From the NCBI RefSeq assembly GCF_001194135.2, contig NC_068986.1:78360995-78424994 (forward strand): a DNA stretch of 64,000 nucleotides, written 5' to 3'. Positions 25,361-37,554 of this stretch are shown here, one piece after another. The position numbers and the translations under genes are program-made. The DNA is from Octopus bimaculoides (Eukaryota). Numbering within the stretch: the stretch's first letter is position 1; each line of letters begins with the position of its first letter. Below the pieces are notes generated by a model. It was not told the DNA's origin, did not search any database, and was given only the letters and a program-made list of their open reading frames with translations.

Positions 25361-25658
25361 TATATTATCCGTAAAGTATAGTATAAAATATCCACCACGG
25401 CTGATCTTACGAATCAGCTTTGCATGAAGAATACAATGGAGTGTTAGGCAACAATCTGATTATATAACCTTGCAGTCATCAGAGTTAGCTGATATGGAAG
25501 GGAATATGGTGACTGCTCTCTCTTGTTGGAGGTGGATTAGCACAATTGGTGAGTGGCTGCTGTGGAAGGGTAACACTCCATCGTATTCTTTACGTGAAAC
25601 CAATTGGTAAGATCAGCCGTGATGGATATATCTTATACTATACTTTTTGGATAATATA
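25361..25658. mobile_element. ~300-bp MITE/foldback with 86-88-bp TIRs
   Basis: 25361-25446 is the reverse complement of 25571-25658 (about 84% identity, one 2-nt indel); TA-flanked. Confidence 0.8.
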
Positions 25659-25876
25659 CCCACTCTACTGATGCGTATATGTACATATATGTATATATAT
25701 ATGTGTGTGTGTGTCTGTGTGTGTCAAAAATTAAAGGCTCGAAATGTTAAAGACTTTTCCATTCTTCCTGTGCATCAAACTAATACACCTGAATGTTGTT
25801 TCTTCACTTGACTTCATCTTTTGTTTTCTGTAAATTTTAACTATTTATACATGTGTGTGTGGGTAGATAGATAGAT

Positions 25877-26301
25877 AATACGGCTATAATGACTATATGC
25901 CCTGGTGGTGTTTGATTAGAGGTTAAGGACGGATGAGAATTAATTCTATAATGCAATCATTCCATTGTTCCAGTCCCAAATTGAATTCTAACTTCTGGCC
26001 AATTTGTCCCAAAGTTCTTATCTCGACATAAAATTAATGAAGCAAATGTCATTTATCTCCACCTTGATCTCTGACGTCATCTGACAAACACCAACCAAGC
26101 TTTACCCACTAGAGAGAGCAACCCAAATGCTTTTAAATCAGATTCCAATGCTGGATGTTCAAGAACCAAATGAAGGGCAAATTTTCTATCCTGGGATCAT
26201 CCTGGTTCTAAAAGATTATAATATGTCTCTGTAGAGCAAATGTAGACTGAGATACAGGGGTCCCAGATGAGCAGACAGAATTTCACTTTTATTATCATAG
26301 A
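25877..26301 (-). mobile_element. Non-autonomous Helitron-like element, copy 2 (3'-truncated)
   Basis: Minus strand begins A|TCTATGATAATAAAAGTGAAATTCTGTCTG; colinear with 17840-18265; 3' end lost in (GATA)n. Confidence 0.7.
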
Positions 26302-26334
26302 TATACAGGAACTTGAGTAATGTTGCTGTTGTAG

Positions 26335-26368
26335 TTGCAACAGCAGCAGCAGCAGCAACAGCAGCAGA

Positions 26369-26430
<62 letters not shown>

Positions 26431-26432
26431 CT
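26335..26432. repeat. (CAG)n/(TAG)n trinucleotide tract
   Basis: Read directly. Confidence 0.95.
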
Positions 26433-26764
26433 ATTGTTGTTATCTAGTAGGGACAACAACACTGAACAAGAACAAATGAATATAATTGGATTATGGCAAT
26501 CTGTCCAACCTATGCCAACATGGAAATTGGACATGTCGTTAGCTTCAGATCAGCTCTGACTGAGTAAAATTATGAACAAAGGCATTACAGTTACAGTGTT
26601 TATAACTTTTACTCAAGCATTGTGTATATAGGCATATGCATGGCTGTGTAGTTAAGAAGCTTGCTTTGTAACCACATGGTTTTGGGGGTTCAGTCCATAG
26701 GCAAGTGGCTTCCACTATAGTCTTTGCACCAACCAATGCATGCAAATGAATCTGGCAGATTCAT

Positions 26765-26810
<46 letters not shown>

Positions 26811-27494
26811 TTATATGAATATACAGAAACAAGTAAAAGATAGAAGATAAAACATAGGACTACATTATCCAATACATCCATTGTTTTCAAAATTTTAATG
26901 TGAAATTTAAGGTAGTTTTGGCTGCTATTTCTAGTAGGCCACGTGACAGGGACTTTTTCCCAATAAATCTTAATTTCAGCTTACTTTAGGATGAAATTGT
27001 CCAACATGTAACGACCAGATGCCATTTGGCAGTTTTTTTTTTGTTTCTGGAAGTATTATGTAATGGTAGCTGTATATTACTGCTAACATTGTCATGATAT
27101 AAACAGAACAGTCTACTTAATCAACATACAATAGCACTCCATATTCTTTGAAATACATGTTGACAGTTACAGTATCAAATATCTTTGAATTATTCCATTA
27201 CATAACAGAGCTCTTTTCCAATTGATCAAAGCCCTTTAAGGGTTGGAGAGAACACTCCACACCACACATGGAAAGATGACCACTACATCTACTTCATCCA
27301 TAATATCATGTTTACTGCAGATTACTATTGGCAGTCCCCTCCATGCTTTGTGTTTATTGTTCAGCATATTTGATATATCAACTAAAGTAATTTCCCAGGG
27401 TACTTTGAATAACTATGTCTACTGGCCAACAGCTACAGCTTACAAAACCTATTTCACTTAGATGGCTCAAATATACCTACATATCATCTCACCC

Positions 27495-27574
<80 letters not shown>

Positions 27575-28258
27575 GGTGTGTCTTTGTGTGTGTATGTGTG
27601 CATATATGTCTGTGTGTTAAAGAAGAAGGAATTAAAATGTGGTAACCCCAATTTGCAATTGATTGGAAGCTGTTCAGAAGGATTAATCTTCCTAGTGATC
27701 TGTTTTAACATTTCATACAAAAATCTAGAATAACCCAAATTACGGCATCTTGAAGAAAAAAAAAAAACAGAAATAGAAAAAAATGTAGAGATTGTAAATG
27801 CCATATAAGAGCTCAACAAAGAACATTCCATTTATTATTTTGACAAAATAGTAACAACAACAACAACAACAACAGCAATAACTACAATAACAACAATGAT
27901 AATAATAATAATGATGATGACGATGATGATGATGACGATGATGATGATAAAATCTCTGGTTTCTTTTACTTCCACTAAATGTCTCGGCAAAATACAAGAG
28001 CAGAACTTTTCTAAATGTGTCTCTTATAGTAAATATTGATGGAAATGGTGGATGGGAAGGTGATGTTGATTGAACTGATATGATAGGTTTCGTGATAAAG
28101 CTTATAGTAACAATGACAATGACAGCTGCGATGATGAAGATCCCTCAAAGAAAGTACCTTAGATATTTGGAGTGGTGAAACTGTAAAGAATAATTAAGTC
28201 AGCACGATCGATAGATTTTACACAAACACACACACATATATGTATATATATATGTATG

Positions 28259-28293
<35 letters not shown>

Positions 28294-28744
28294 TTTTTTC
28301 CAAAGGAGAATAATTATAAAAAGCAATAACAACAAGAGAGCTACAACAACAATTCTAACTAAACCTGTGTGTGAACTTTAGTAGATAAATACATGTTTCC
28401 AACAAGTAGCCAACAGAAATAATTAAATGTTTCAACTTAACATTGATATTGACAAAATAAAATGTAATAAAATCATGTAAGCTTGAACGTGTTGCTATGT
28501 GATACCAGAAAATTTAACAGTTCCAATATCAACTAAATATCACTTTACAACTTTTCAACAGTTCAATAAGTAGAAGTCTAATGAAAAATTGGCATTTTTC
28601 TTGATTGGAATAACAATAAATAATAAACCACTGAATAAAATATACGAAAAAAAAAAATTGCATATATATTGGTATATATAGACATCAAGCTAAAAAGCTA
28701 GTTCTAAAATCTCTGTAAGAAATGAACGCAGTAGCTGTACTGGC

Positions 28745-28927
28745 AAGTAATGTTTGTCACCACTTCAATATGGCTGTTCTATTTGAACAGATGTTATCGT
28801 GAGCAATATATCGGATGCAGGTGTGCATCGTTAACCAGCTAGAGGAAATGTCCTCTTGGGGTTAAAAAGCTGCAGTAACGTCCGTTTGAATGGAACAGCC
28901 ATGTTGAAGTGGCGATAAGCATTACTT
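28745..28927. other. 183-bp structured inverted repeat (52-bp arms, two inner hairpins)
   Basis: 28745-28796 pairs with 28876-28927: 43 Watson-Crick pairs, 7 G:U, 2 A:C, no indels. Confidence 0.85.
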
Positions 28928-28954
28928 ATATGGACATCATTATATGCATATAGT

Positions 28955-29282
28955 GAAGGCATGTGGCTTAATGATAAGGATATTCAGCTCACAATTATAA
29001 GGTTATGAGTTTGATTCCTGGTGGCATGTTGTGTCCTTGTGCAAGTCACTTTATTTCACATTACTCCAGTCCATTCAACTGGCAGAAATAAATTGTACCT
29101 GTAGTTCAGTGAGTCAGCCTTGTCACATTTGATGTGTCATGCTGAGTCCCCTTGAGAACTATATTAAGGGTACATTTGGCTGTTGAGTGCTCAGTCACAT
29201 GAACATTAATTTCATGAGCAGACTGTTCTATTGAATAAAGTAACTGGAGCACTTATCATTGAAACTGATAAAGTGCCCAGCC
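28955..29282 (+). mobile_element. SINE family D, full length
   Basis: tRNA-like head gtggcttaatg..gagtttgattcctgg; body cagccttgtcaca..tgtgtcatgctgag..cattaatttcatgagcagactgttc. Confidence 0.85.
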
Positions 29283-29477
29283 ATATGCATATATACATAC
29301 ATACATACATACATACATACATACATACATACATACACACTATATAGAATGATGGAAGCTCTAATAGTTTCAGTGATGTACATGTGGTTTCTAAATCAAC
29401 TGGTTTGCTTTCTCATTAAATTAATGTGCAAGTAACTGAATTTTCAACTGAAATATTTGTATGTGATACATTTAAGC

Positions 29478-29797
29478 TAAACTGGCACTCTGTCAGTTAT
29501 AATGGAAAGCGTTCCAGTCAATCCACTCAATGGAACAGCTTGCTTGTGAAATTAATGTGCAAGTGGCAGAGCACTCCACATTCATACGTGCCCTTCATGT
29601 AATCCTCAGGGAGATTCAGCATGACACATTGAATGTCACAAGGCTGGCCCTTTGAAATATAGGTACAACTCATTTTTGTTAGCTAAGCAAAGTAAAATAA
29701 AGTGTCTTGCTCAAGAACACATTATGCTGCAAAATTATTAAACTCAGGACCTGATGATCATTAGCCAAATACACTAACCATTGAGCCATGAGTCCTT
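29478..29797 (-). mobile_element. SINE family D, inverted relative to 28955-29282
   Basis: Reverse complement is colinear with the preceding copy. Confidence 0.85.
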
Positions 29798-30011
29798 ACA
29801 AGTGATATGTGTGGGATTCGTAACCAAGAATTGAAATCATTGTCTTTGTGCTTGTTCTCATTGTTCTTGGAACTTGCACCTGGAATCTATTAGTTCAACT
29901 TGGAAAATTCGCCACCCTCTTAGATGAAACAAGAGCTTGCTCTAGATCCTTTGGCAACTTGTAAACAGCAGGTGACCTCTGCAATCATGTGAGTCAGAAA
30001 TTAAACTTTCC

Positions 30012-30093
<82 letters not shown>

Positions 30094-30276
30094 CTGGCAA
30101 CTTACATTGCTTGACAGTTACATATGTATCCTTGATATCAATCTCAAGGATGAAACAGTGTAATGCAATATGCAAAAAAGCTAGATCTTTGAATTACAGA
30201 AAATCTCATCAAACAAGTTTTTGATATGGTTTCTGTCCATCCAAACTCACTCACAAACCTTGGGTTGACCTACAGT

Positions 30277-30455
30277 CACTAGTGTAGCTAGGGGTAGGGG
30301 CAAGTGGAAGTGATCCATCTTGGATGAAGCTTTCATGGGGAGGGGTCACTTTTAGGCCTGCTGTATAAGATTGTATAGGCTTTGAAGAATGGAAGTTAAG
30401 AGGATGGCAAAATCAAGGGCAGCCCTAAGCAGCACAAAATCTAGCTACACCACTA
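30277..30455. mobile_element. Possible hAT-like MITE related to 10699-10813
   Basis: Starts with the same cactagtgtagctag and ends ctagctacaccact; no clean TSD. Confidence 0.45.
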
Positions 30456-30795
30456 CCCATGACAAAATCCCCTTTTCTGATGTCAATCCTGTTTAGTGAC
30501 TTTCATGTGACATGCAGTAGTATCAGTACAGACATGAGGTCAAAGCTCAAAACTGTTTCAGTTATCATCCTCCTCTCTCTTTTTTGTGCTGCATTTCAGG
30601 GACAACAATAGTGTTCAATGTATCTTTGTATATTCAAAATAGTGAGGTGTGATTTGAGGGAAATTTCTTTGCTCTATCTAGTGGCAGGTAAAGAGCCCAC
30701 ATTTCTCAAATATATTCCTGTAGGTTTTGCAGTGAAATCACTACAACCAGGAATGTAAGAAAAGTAACATGCTGCATTCCTGATTGATCATGAAT

Positions 30796-30958
30796 CTACT
30801 ACTGCTGCTTCTGCTGCTGCTGCTGCTACTACTACTAGCACTACTACCACTAACACCACCACCACCACCACTACCACTGCTACTGTCATCACCAACAGCA
30901 CCAGCACCACCAGCACCACTAACACTACTAGCACTAGCACCACCAGCACCACCAATAT

Positions 30959-31048
<90 letters not shown>

Positions 31049-31223
31049 CACCACCACGATGCCCTTCTCCCTCAACCACAACTGCCACCATAATCCCTCT
31101 ACCACACCTGTTGCCACCACCACCACTACTGCTACTGTCATCGCCAACTGCACCAGCACCACCAGCACCACTAGCACCACCAGCACCACCAGCATTACTA
31201 CTACTACTACTACTACTACTACT
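30796..31223. repeat. Duplicated (CTA/CCA/GCA) trinucleotide-derived block
   Basis: The unit actgctactgtcatc(a/g)ccaa..gcaccagcaccaccagcaccact..(cta)n occurs twice, at about 30878 and 31129. Confidence 0.85.
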
Positions 31224-33019
31224 GAGCCACATTCACCACAACAGATCGTCATGTAAACTATACAGACATGTACACATGCACATACTCATGCACACACACA
31301 CATACACATACATGTGAATTGAAACTGATGTTAAAATGCTGAAATATTAGTAACTGTATTTTCCAGACAGCATAAAATGTTTATCATGACTATCAACAGC
31401 ATGCATCTTGGAAAGAGAAAGAGCAGCTGAACTTTTAAGTTTAAAAGAAAACTCCATAAAGATGTCAGGGGCTTGTTTACTTTACCCATCCCCCACTCTC
31501 ACTTTTTATGTAGTACTGCTGCTCTACATTTTCTCTGAAGCTTTTTGCATGAAAACTGCTTTTGCTATGCATTAGGTAATCATGAACTACCTAGCATACT
31601 TATACACAAATCTATATCAATTCTATGAATAATGTAGAAAAAAAATACAAACTCCCCCTGTGTGTGGTGTATTTTCTAAATGTTTTGTATCTACTTTATG
31701 CAGTTCAGCAAGATCAGATATTTACAAGGCATATTGCAGTTTTAGAACTTAATACAAACATGGGCAGTCGTTTTTGAGAAGCACTACACCACTTTGAGAA
31801 GGCTTCATACTTAAAACACTTCAAAGTAATTTTTCATTGGGTGTGCCATTCAGAAAACCTGTGGGCTACATGATAGATTTAATAACTTCAATTTAGACAT
31901 ATTTGAAGTTTTATTCCAGCTGGGCTGTTATTTTTGTTGTTGCTGTTGTTGGCCAGCTCCCACTTATTTCCTATGTGCAGCAATCCCCCAAATCATATTT
32001 TCCAGTGTGTCCTTTAAGTTGATGTATGATTTAAGAGAGTTACAGCTGCTGATTTAATAAGTTGAACCATTACTTAGCGAATATATATTAGCAACAGACG
32101 CAGAATTAACACTAAGAGATAATACTTATTCCCGCCTAAATGTGGATGTTCTGTTAGAACAAACTTTTCTGCAGTAGATATCATGAGAGAAACTCTCCTA
32201 TAAAGCTTTTGGTGCAAAATGCATGCTTGTTTATATCACTAGCAGGGAGATAAATCCCCACTATCTACAGCACCAAGACCACTAGATCATGTGATTTCGA
32301 CTTTTCTTGGTCTTGTCAATGATGGATACTTGACCACTAGAAACAACAGTGACTCTTCTCCCCTCCAGCAATATATAGGAAAACAGTGCCAAAACAGGTG
32401 CTGGTGCGTCACAGTTAGCCAGTGAGTTTGTTAAATAACATATATTAGTGACAGAGACAGTATTGATATTGAGAGGTAATATTTATCCCCCACTTAAACA
32501 AGGATGTTCTATTAGAACAGTTAGAGTATTCTACATTGGTTTGTTTAAAGCTTGGTATAAAGAATTGCTGTTCAACAGTTTAAGATAAAGTACAATGTTT
32601 TGCAACAAGATCTGAATGCATATTTAATTATACATTTCTACATTGTTTTCTTTGTTAAAACAGAGGCGGAAAATCTTTTTATGCTGGAAGGTGGCACTGA
32701 AGTTTACTACCAACTGACAAGGTTGCATTGAAGTTAATTGCCTTCTGACAAAGTAATGTCGCAAAAACAATTTTATAGTAGTGATCCTATTATTTTACAG
32801 AATATAATTATTTGTAAGAACTCTTAGAAAATGTGGAAAAGGTGGAGCTTCAGAATAAGCATCTCCATAACAACTATTTTATATGTTTTTGTTTCTGGAA
32901 ATTTCTTTAGATTTCTGTTTTAATTATAATTACATTAAACAAGTAATTACAAGTGTAGATAAAGAAATATAAATAGGAGTTTATTGAATTCACAGTTAGT
33001 TGAAAAGACCTACTATATT

Positions 33020-33285
33020 TAACCTTTTATTTGTTTCACTGTGGCTATGCTGGAGCATTACCTTGATGGGTTTTCTTGAAAAATCAACCCTAGTACTGAT
33101 TTTTTTTGTAAAGTCTGGTACTTATTTTATTGGTGTCTACTTGCCAAACTATTAATGCATAGCATTGGTCCGCTCAGGGCTGTGGTAGAAGACACTTGTC
33201 CAAGGTATCACCCCTGTGTGTCTGAACTCAAAACCCATATGGATGCAAAGCAAGCTTCTTAACCACATGACTATGCCTATATGTA
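33020..33285 (-). mobile_element. Diverged SINE family B
   Basis: gtggctatgctggagc..tacttattttattgg..gtagaagacacttgtccaagg..aagcttcttaaccac. Confidence 0.75.
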
Positions 33286-33377
33286 GTATGTCATGTCCAG
33301 ATAACAAATTTCTTACATCTTAACTTACAATTATAACAAAAATTACAATAACCATTTCATCCTTGATATTAGAATCA

Positions 33378-33600
33378 AAGAGGGTGGCAAGCTGGCCGAA
33401 TCGTTGGTACCCCAGAGAAAATGCTTTGTGGCATTTTATCCATCTTCATGTTCTGAGTTCAAATTCCACTGAGGTTGACTTTGCCTTTCATCCTTGTGGG
33501 GTCAATAAAATTAGTACTGGTTGAGCACTGATGTCAATGTAATCAACTAACCTTTTCTCCTGATATTGCTGGCCTTGTGCCAAAATTTGAAACTGATATT
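33378..33600 (+). mobile_element. SINE family A
   Basis: ggtggcaagctggccgaatcgttgg..gttctgagttcaaattccactgaggttgactttgcctttcatcc. Confidence 0.9.
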
Positions 33601-34317
33601 AGGATCAAAGCAAAGATATCTTACAATATAAGAAAAGTTTATTGTTTTAAAATAATTTTTTTCTTTTACTTTAGTACAAGGTTTTCATTATGAAGCAGCT
33701 GTAAAATTATAGTAAAAAGGAAAAATGATAATTTCTACCTTAGGCACAAAGCAGCACAAATTGTAGGTGGAGTGTATTTGAAAATATCAACCAGGTACTG
33801 GACTGGATCATTTTCTTATCAATAAATAGTTTATAGGTAAAATCAGCCAGATAGATTTTGAACTTTAAATGTAAAGGAATGTAATAAAATATGACCACTG
33901 GCACTATATTAATTCTGCCAACCTACCATCTTTAACATGAGAGTTATGCCAGCAAAGTACAAGTTCCTCATAGGACATCCCATGTTGGACAGGTCAAAGG
34001 ATAGAGGCCAGACTAATATGGAGCACTGCTTCGCAGAGGTAAAAGTGGGTTTGCATAGGGTAACACACTTACTTAGAAAAAAGTTACAGAAATATTGCTG
34101 ACAATTCAAAACAAACAAGAACTGGGAGAGGAAAACCTTCCCCCAGAGAAACATATGACATAGTACAGCAAAATCTGAAAAGAAAAGGCAAGGACTGAAC
34201 AGGAGAGAAACAAGAAAGAAAGCCGAGAGCTGAGAACAGAGGAGAAAAGTCATTAATGGGCTATGCCCAACAAGAAGCAAAGTAGTAAGTACTTTAAATA
34301 GTAAGTACCATGCTTAA

Positions 34318-34534
34318 CCCTTTAGATTTAAACCGGCCTTATCCGGCCAAAATATTCTACTTGCATTATGTTCACACTGGTCAGATTCAGCCTCTCACAC
34401 CTACCCAAGCATGTCCTTCTAAAAATATACAATCTTATCATCGAAATCTCAAAGCCACAAGATATCTGATTAATTCAAAACAATGTGAATAAATAAAACA
34501 TTACATTTGACAGAGTAATCTGAATGCTAAAGGG
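34318..34534 (+). mobile_element. 217-bp piggyBac-like MITE
   Basis: TTAA|ccctttag ... ctaaaggg|TTAA; further copies at about 37555-37664 and 50410-50628 in the opposite orientation. Confidence 0.8.
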
Positions 34535-35059
34535 TTAAATCTTGATCAATATTTAAATCAACTTGAGAGCCTTAATGTAGTCTGCAACCTGCAAAAATTG
34601 CACATACACTGATATGCACACAAATGTACACTCACATATCCATACACACACACACACATCTGTATCATATCTCAAATCATATCTCACTATCTTAGAAAAG
34701 ATACATTGGATAATATAGTTTGGAATCATTTGTGCACAGGGAAAAGAAGGATAGTCATAGCTGGAATACCTTTGATCACAGATATGCTGGACTTGGGCAT
34801 ACCTGGGGCTAAGCAACGAGAATGACAATAACAGCACAAACAATATTAAATGCAGATTCACACCCAATTGGATAATGCTAAACAGAGTGTTATACTACTT
34901 GCATATCATGAACAATTATTTGTATCCATGTATTTTATTGATTCCGGGCTTTACAGAATATCAGTCAACTACCCAGAAAAACACATATATACATATATTC
35001 TAGTCCATATCCTATACAAATTAAAGAAGAGTCTTTGGATAGGCAAATAAACTCAATTG

Positions 35060-35178
35060 CCATGAAGAGTAGAGAAAATCTAAAGTTACTACTTGCTAAG
35101 CAAACAGTACCTTTAGTTTCTTTTATTCTATGTTAAAGGGCAGTAACCTGAAATGTTAAAAAATTCTACTCTTCATGG
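35060..35178. repeat. 119-bp element with perfect 14-bp terminal inverted repeat
   Basis: ccatgaagagtaga (35060-35073) / tctactcttcatgg (35165-35178); no TSD seen. Confidence 0.6.
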
Positions 35179-35290
35179 TCAGTAAATTTATACGATGTTC
35201 AAAGGTGTCTCCTTTTGATATATTTTTATTGACACAAACCCTCATCAGGTTCTTTGGATTAAGGATTTGATATTATATCTGTGTATTTTA

Positions 35291-35351
<61 letters not shown>

Positions 35352-35370
35352 GTCTGTCTCTGTCTGTCTG

Positions 35371-35427
<57 letters not shown>

Positions 35428-35719
35428 GTCTGTCTATCTATACATGCACGCACGCACGCACGCACACACACATTTATATAAGTATATATATAAAATTTAA
35501 ATAATCAGAAAATGGAGAAAATTTCAGACACCCTGGTTCCCATTTATGCAGAAATAACACATAAATATCTCTCTAGACCACTGCTAGTTCATCCTGTTGC
35601 CTATCAACTTCAAGCCGCACGCTGAAAAATGGTATGATTTTAATATAGTGAGCCTTCCAGCCTCTTCTCGAGGCCCTGTTCTTTCCTCTTCCCTTCGTTC
35701 ATTTTATTTTACATGCTTG

Positions 35720-35842
35720 TATTCACTCTGATGAAACTCCATGTACTGGATCGAATGTGCTATGAAGATGACGAATATTATTTTCGGAATTTCTTTCATA
35801 AGCACTGACTAACATTGGAAGTGGAAACGGCCGTAAGAAATG
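35720..35842 (+). ncRNA. Type-I hammerhead-ribozyme-like motif (Penelope-type) with branched stem II insert
   Basis: CUGAUGA at 35728-35734, ACUCCA..UGGAAGU stem II, GAAAC at 35824-35828, palindrome ACGGCCGU, GUA cleavage triplet at 35833-35835; inner hairpin 35757-35805. Stem I is only about 2 bp. Confidence 0.6.
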
Positions 35843-36187
35843 TTATGTCATGTTCTGTGTTAAAAAATAATCAACCGATGTGGTTTAATTTGTTTGATGA
35901 TCAAAAGTTTTCTCCATTTTCTGATTATTTAAATTTGATTCCTGATAAACTTTTGTTTATTCTGTTGTTACCTGTACCCTAAAATCATAGTGTACCTTCA
36001 TACCCATGCCTAGGGATAGCATAGGTAATTGATACCAATAGTAAATATGGATACTATTATCCTTTAGATGGTTACTACAACCGCTAACTCTGCTTACCTT
36101 AAGTANNNNNNNNNNTATACACATATATATATATATATACACATATATATATGTATATATATCTATGTACACACGCACACATGCATC

Positions 36188-36400
36188 AGTACTGCCGGAC
36201 TGGCCCTCATGCCGGTGGCATGTAAAAAGCACCCACTACACTCTTGGAGTGGTTGGCGTTAGGAAGGGCATCCAGCTGTAGAAACTCTGCCAGATCAGAT
36301 TGGAGTCTGGTGTAGGCATCTGGTTCGCCAGTCCCCAGTCAAATCGTCCAACCCATGCTAGCATGGAAAAAAGACGTTAAATTATGATGATGATGATGAT
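36188..36400 (+). mobile_element. Family C retroposon 3' part
   Basis: gtggttggcgttaggaagggcatccagctgtagaaactctgcc..cccatgctagcatggaaa..(gat)n. Confidence 0.9.
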
Positions 36401-36516
36401 TTATATGTGTGTATGTGTGTATATTTATATACATTGAAGTATACGTGTGTGTGTGAATATATATATATACATATATACATGTACACCATACACATACACA
36501 ACAAATATACATGCAT

Positions 36517-36573
<57 letters not shown>

Positions 36574-37094
36574 CATATATATTGTATGTATATAGATATA
36601 AACCAGCATAGAAGTTTATTACATTAATTATTGAGTTATACAGACATAGTGAGATAGTGATATAATTTGGTTTGAATGGTTCCTTAAATAGCTAAATGAA
36701 GATGTGAATTAGTAGATTAGCAGTTAATGTAAACCCATTCATACATTGTCTATAAAGGCAATCATAAGAGAAATGAAAACTATATTAGCAATGTTCACAT
36801 TAATAACGGTACAAACTAATAGCCTATGTATGATAAATCTTTGCTATATTAGGTTCTCACACTATTAATATAAATATGTAGTGATGTATAAGAACACAAG
36901 ACAAGCAAAGGTATTTATATTACTGATTGATATCGTTATCCTTACCGTAAAATTGAGTTCTTATTGTGACACAATATCACAGATTTTATAGAGGAAGGCT
37001 TAGGAATTGGGAAATATGAAGTAATTGCTTTTACTCAAGTGTGCTAATAGTGAGTAATTCAAAACATTCCACAGAATCAGGTTATTTGGGGACT

Positions 37095-37545
37095 TTGCTT
37101 AACTGGTCGTTTATCTCTTGTTTTACTTGTTTCTGTCATTGGAATGCAGTCATGCTGGGGCCCCACCTCGAAGAGTTTCAGTCAGAAAAAAAAAATTAAA
37201 TTCAGTACTTTTTTTTTTTTAAAGTCTGGTATTTTATTATTCTGCTAAGTTATGGGGATGTAAACAAACTAACACCAATTATCAAGCTTGTCAAGTGGTA
37301 TGGTGGAGTGGTGAGGAGGTGAAGGACAAACATAAACATGAACACACAAACACATGCATGCACCCCACCCCACACACATACATGAGCTTTTTCAATTTCT
37401 GTCTAGCAAATCCACTCACTAGGCTTTGGTCAGTACCTGAGGCTATAGTGGAAAACACTCACCCAACGTGCCATGCAGTGAGACTGAACCCAGAATCACA
37501 TGGTTGAGACGCAAGCTTCTTACCACTAAGCCACGCTTGCACTTA
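37095..37545 (-). mobile_element. SINE family B
   Basis: Reverse complement of the consensus. Confidence 0.8.
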
Positions 37546-37554
37546 TGATTGTAT

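Noticed and set aside
26197-26534. PolyQ/polyL/polyC coding potential
   Set aside because: Pure (CAG)n/(TAG)n microsatellite abutting a Helitron end.
30741-31317. 163-aa Gly/Ser/Ala silk-like ORF and overlapping ORFs
   Set aside because: Stop-free trinucleotide repeats keep several frames on both strands open; no signal peptide or splice context.
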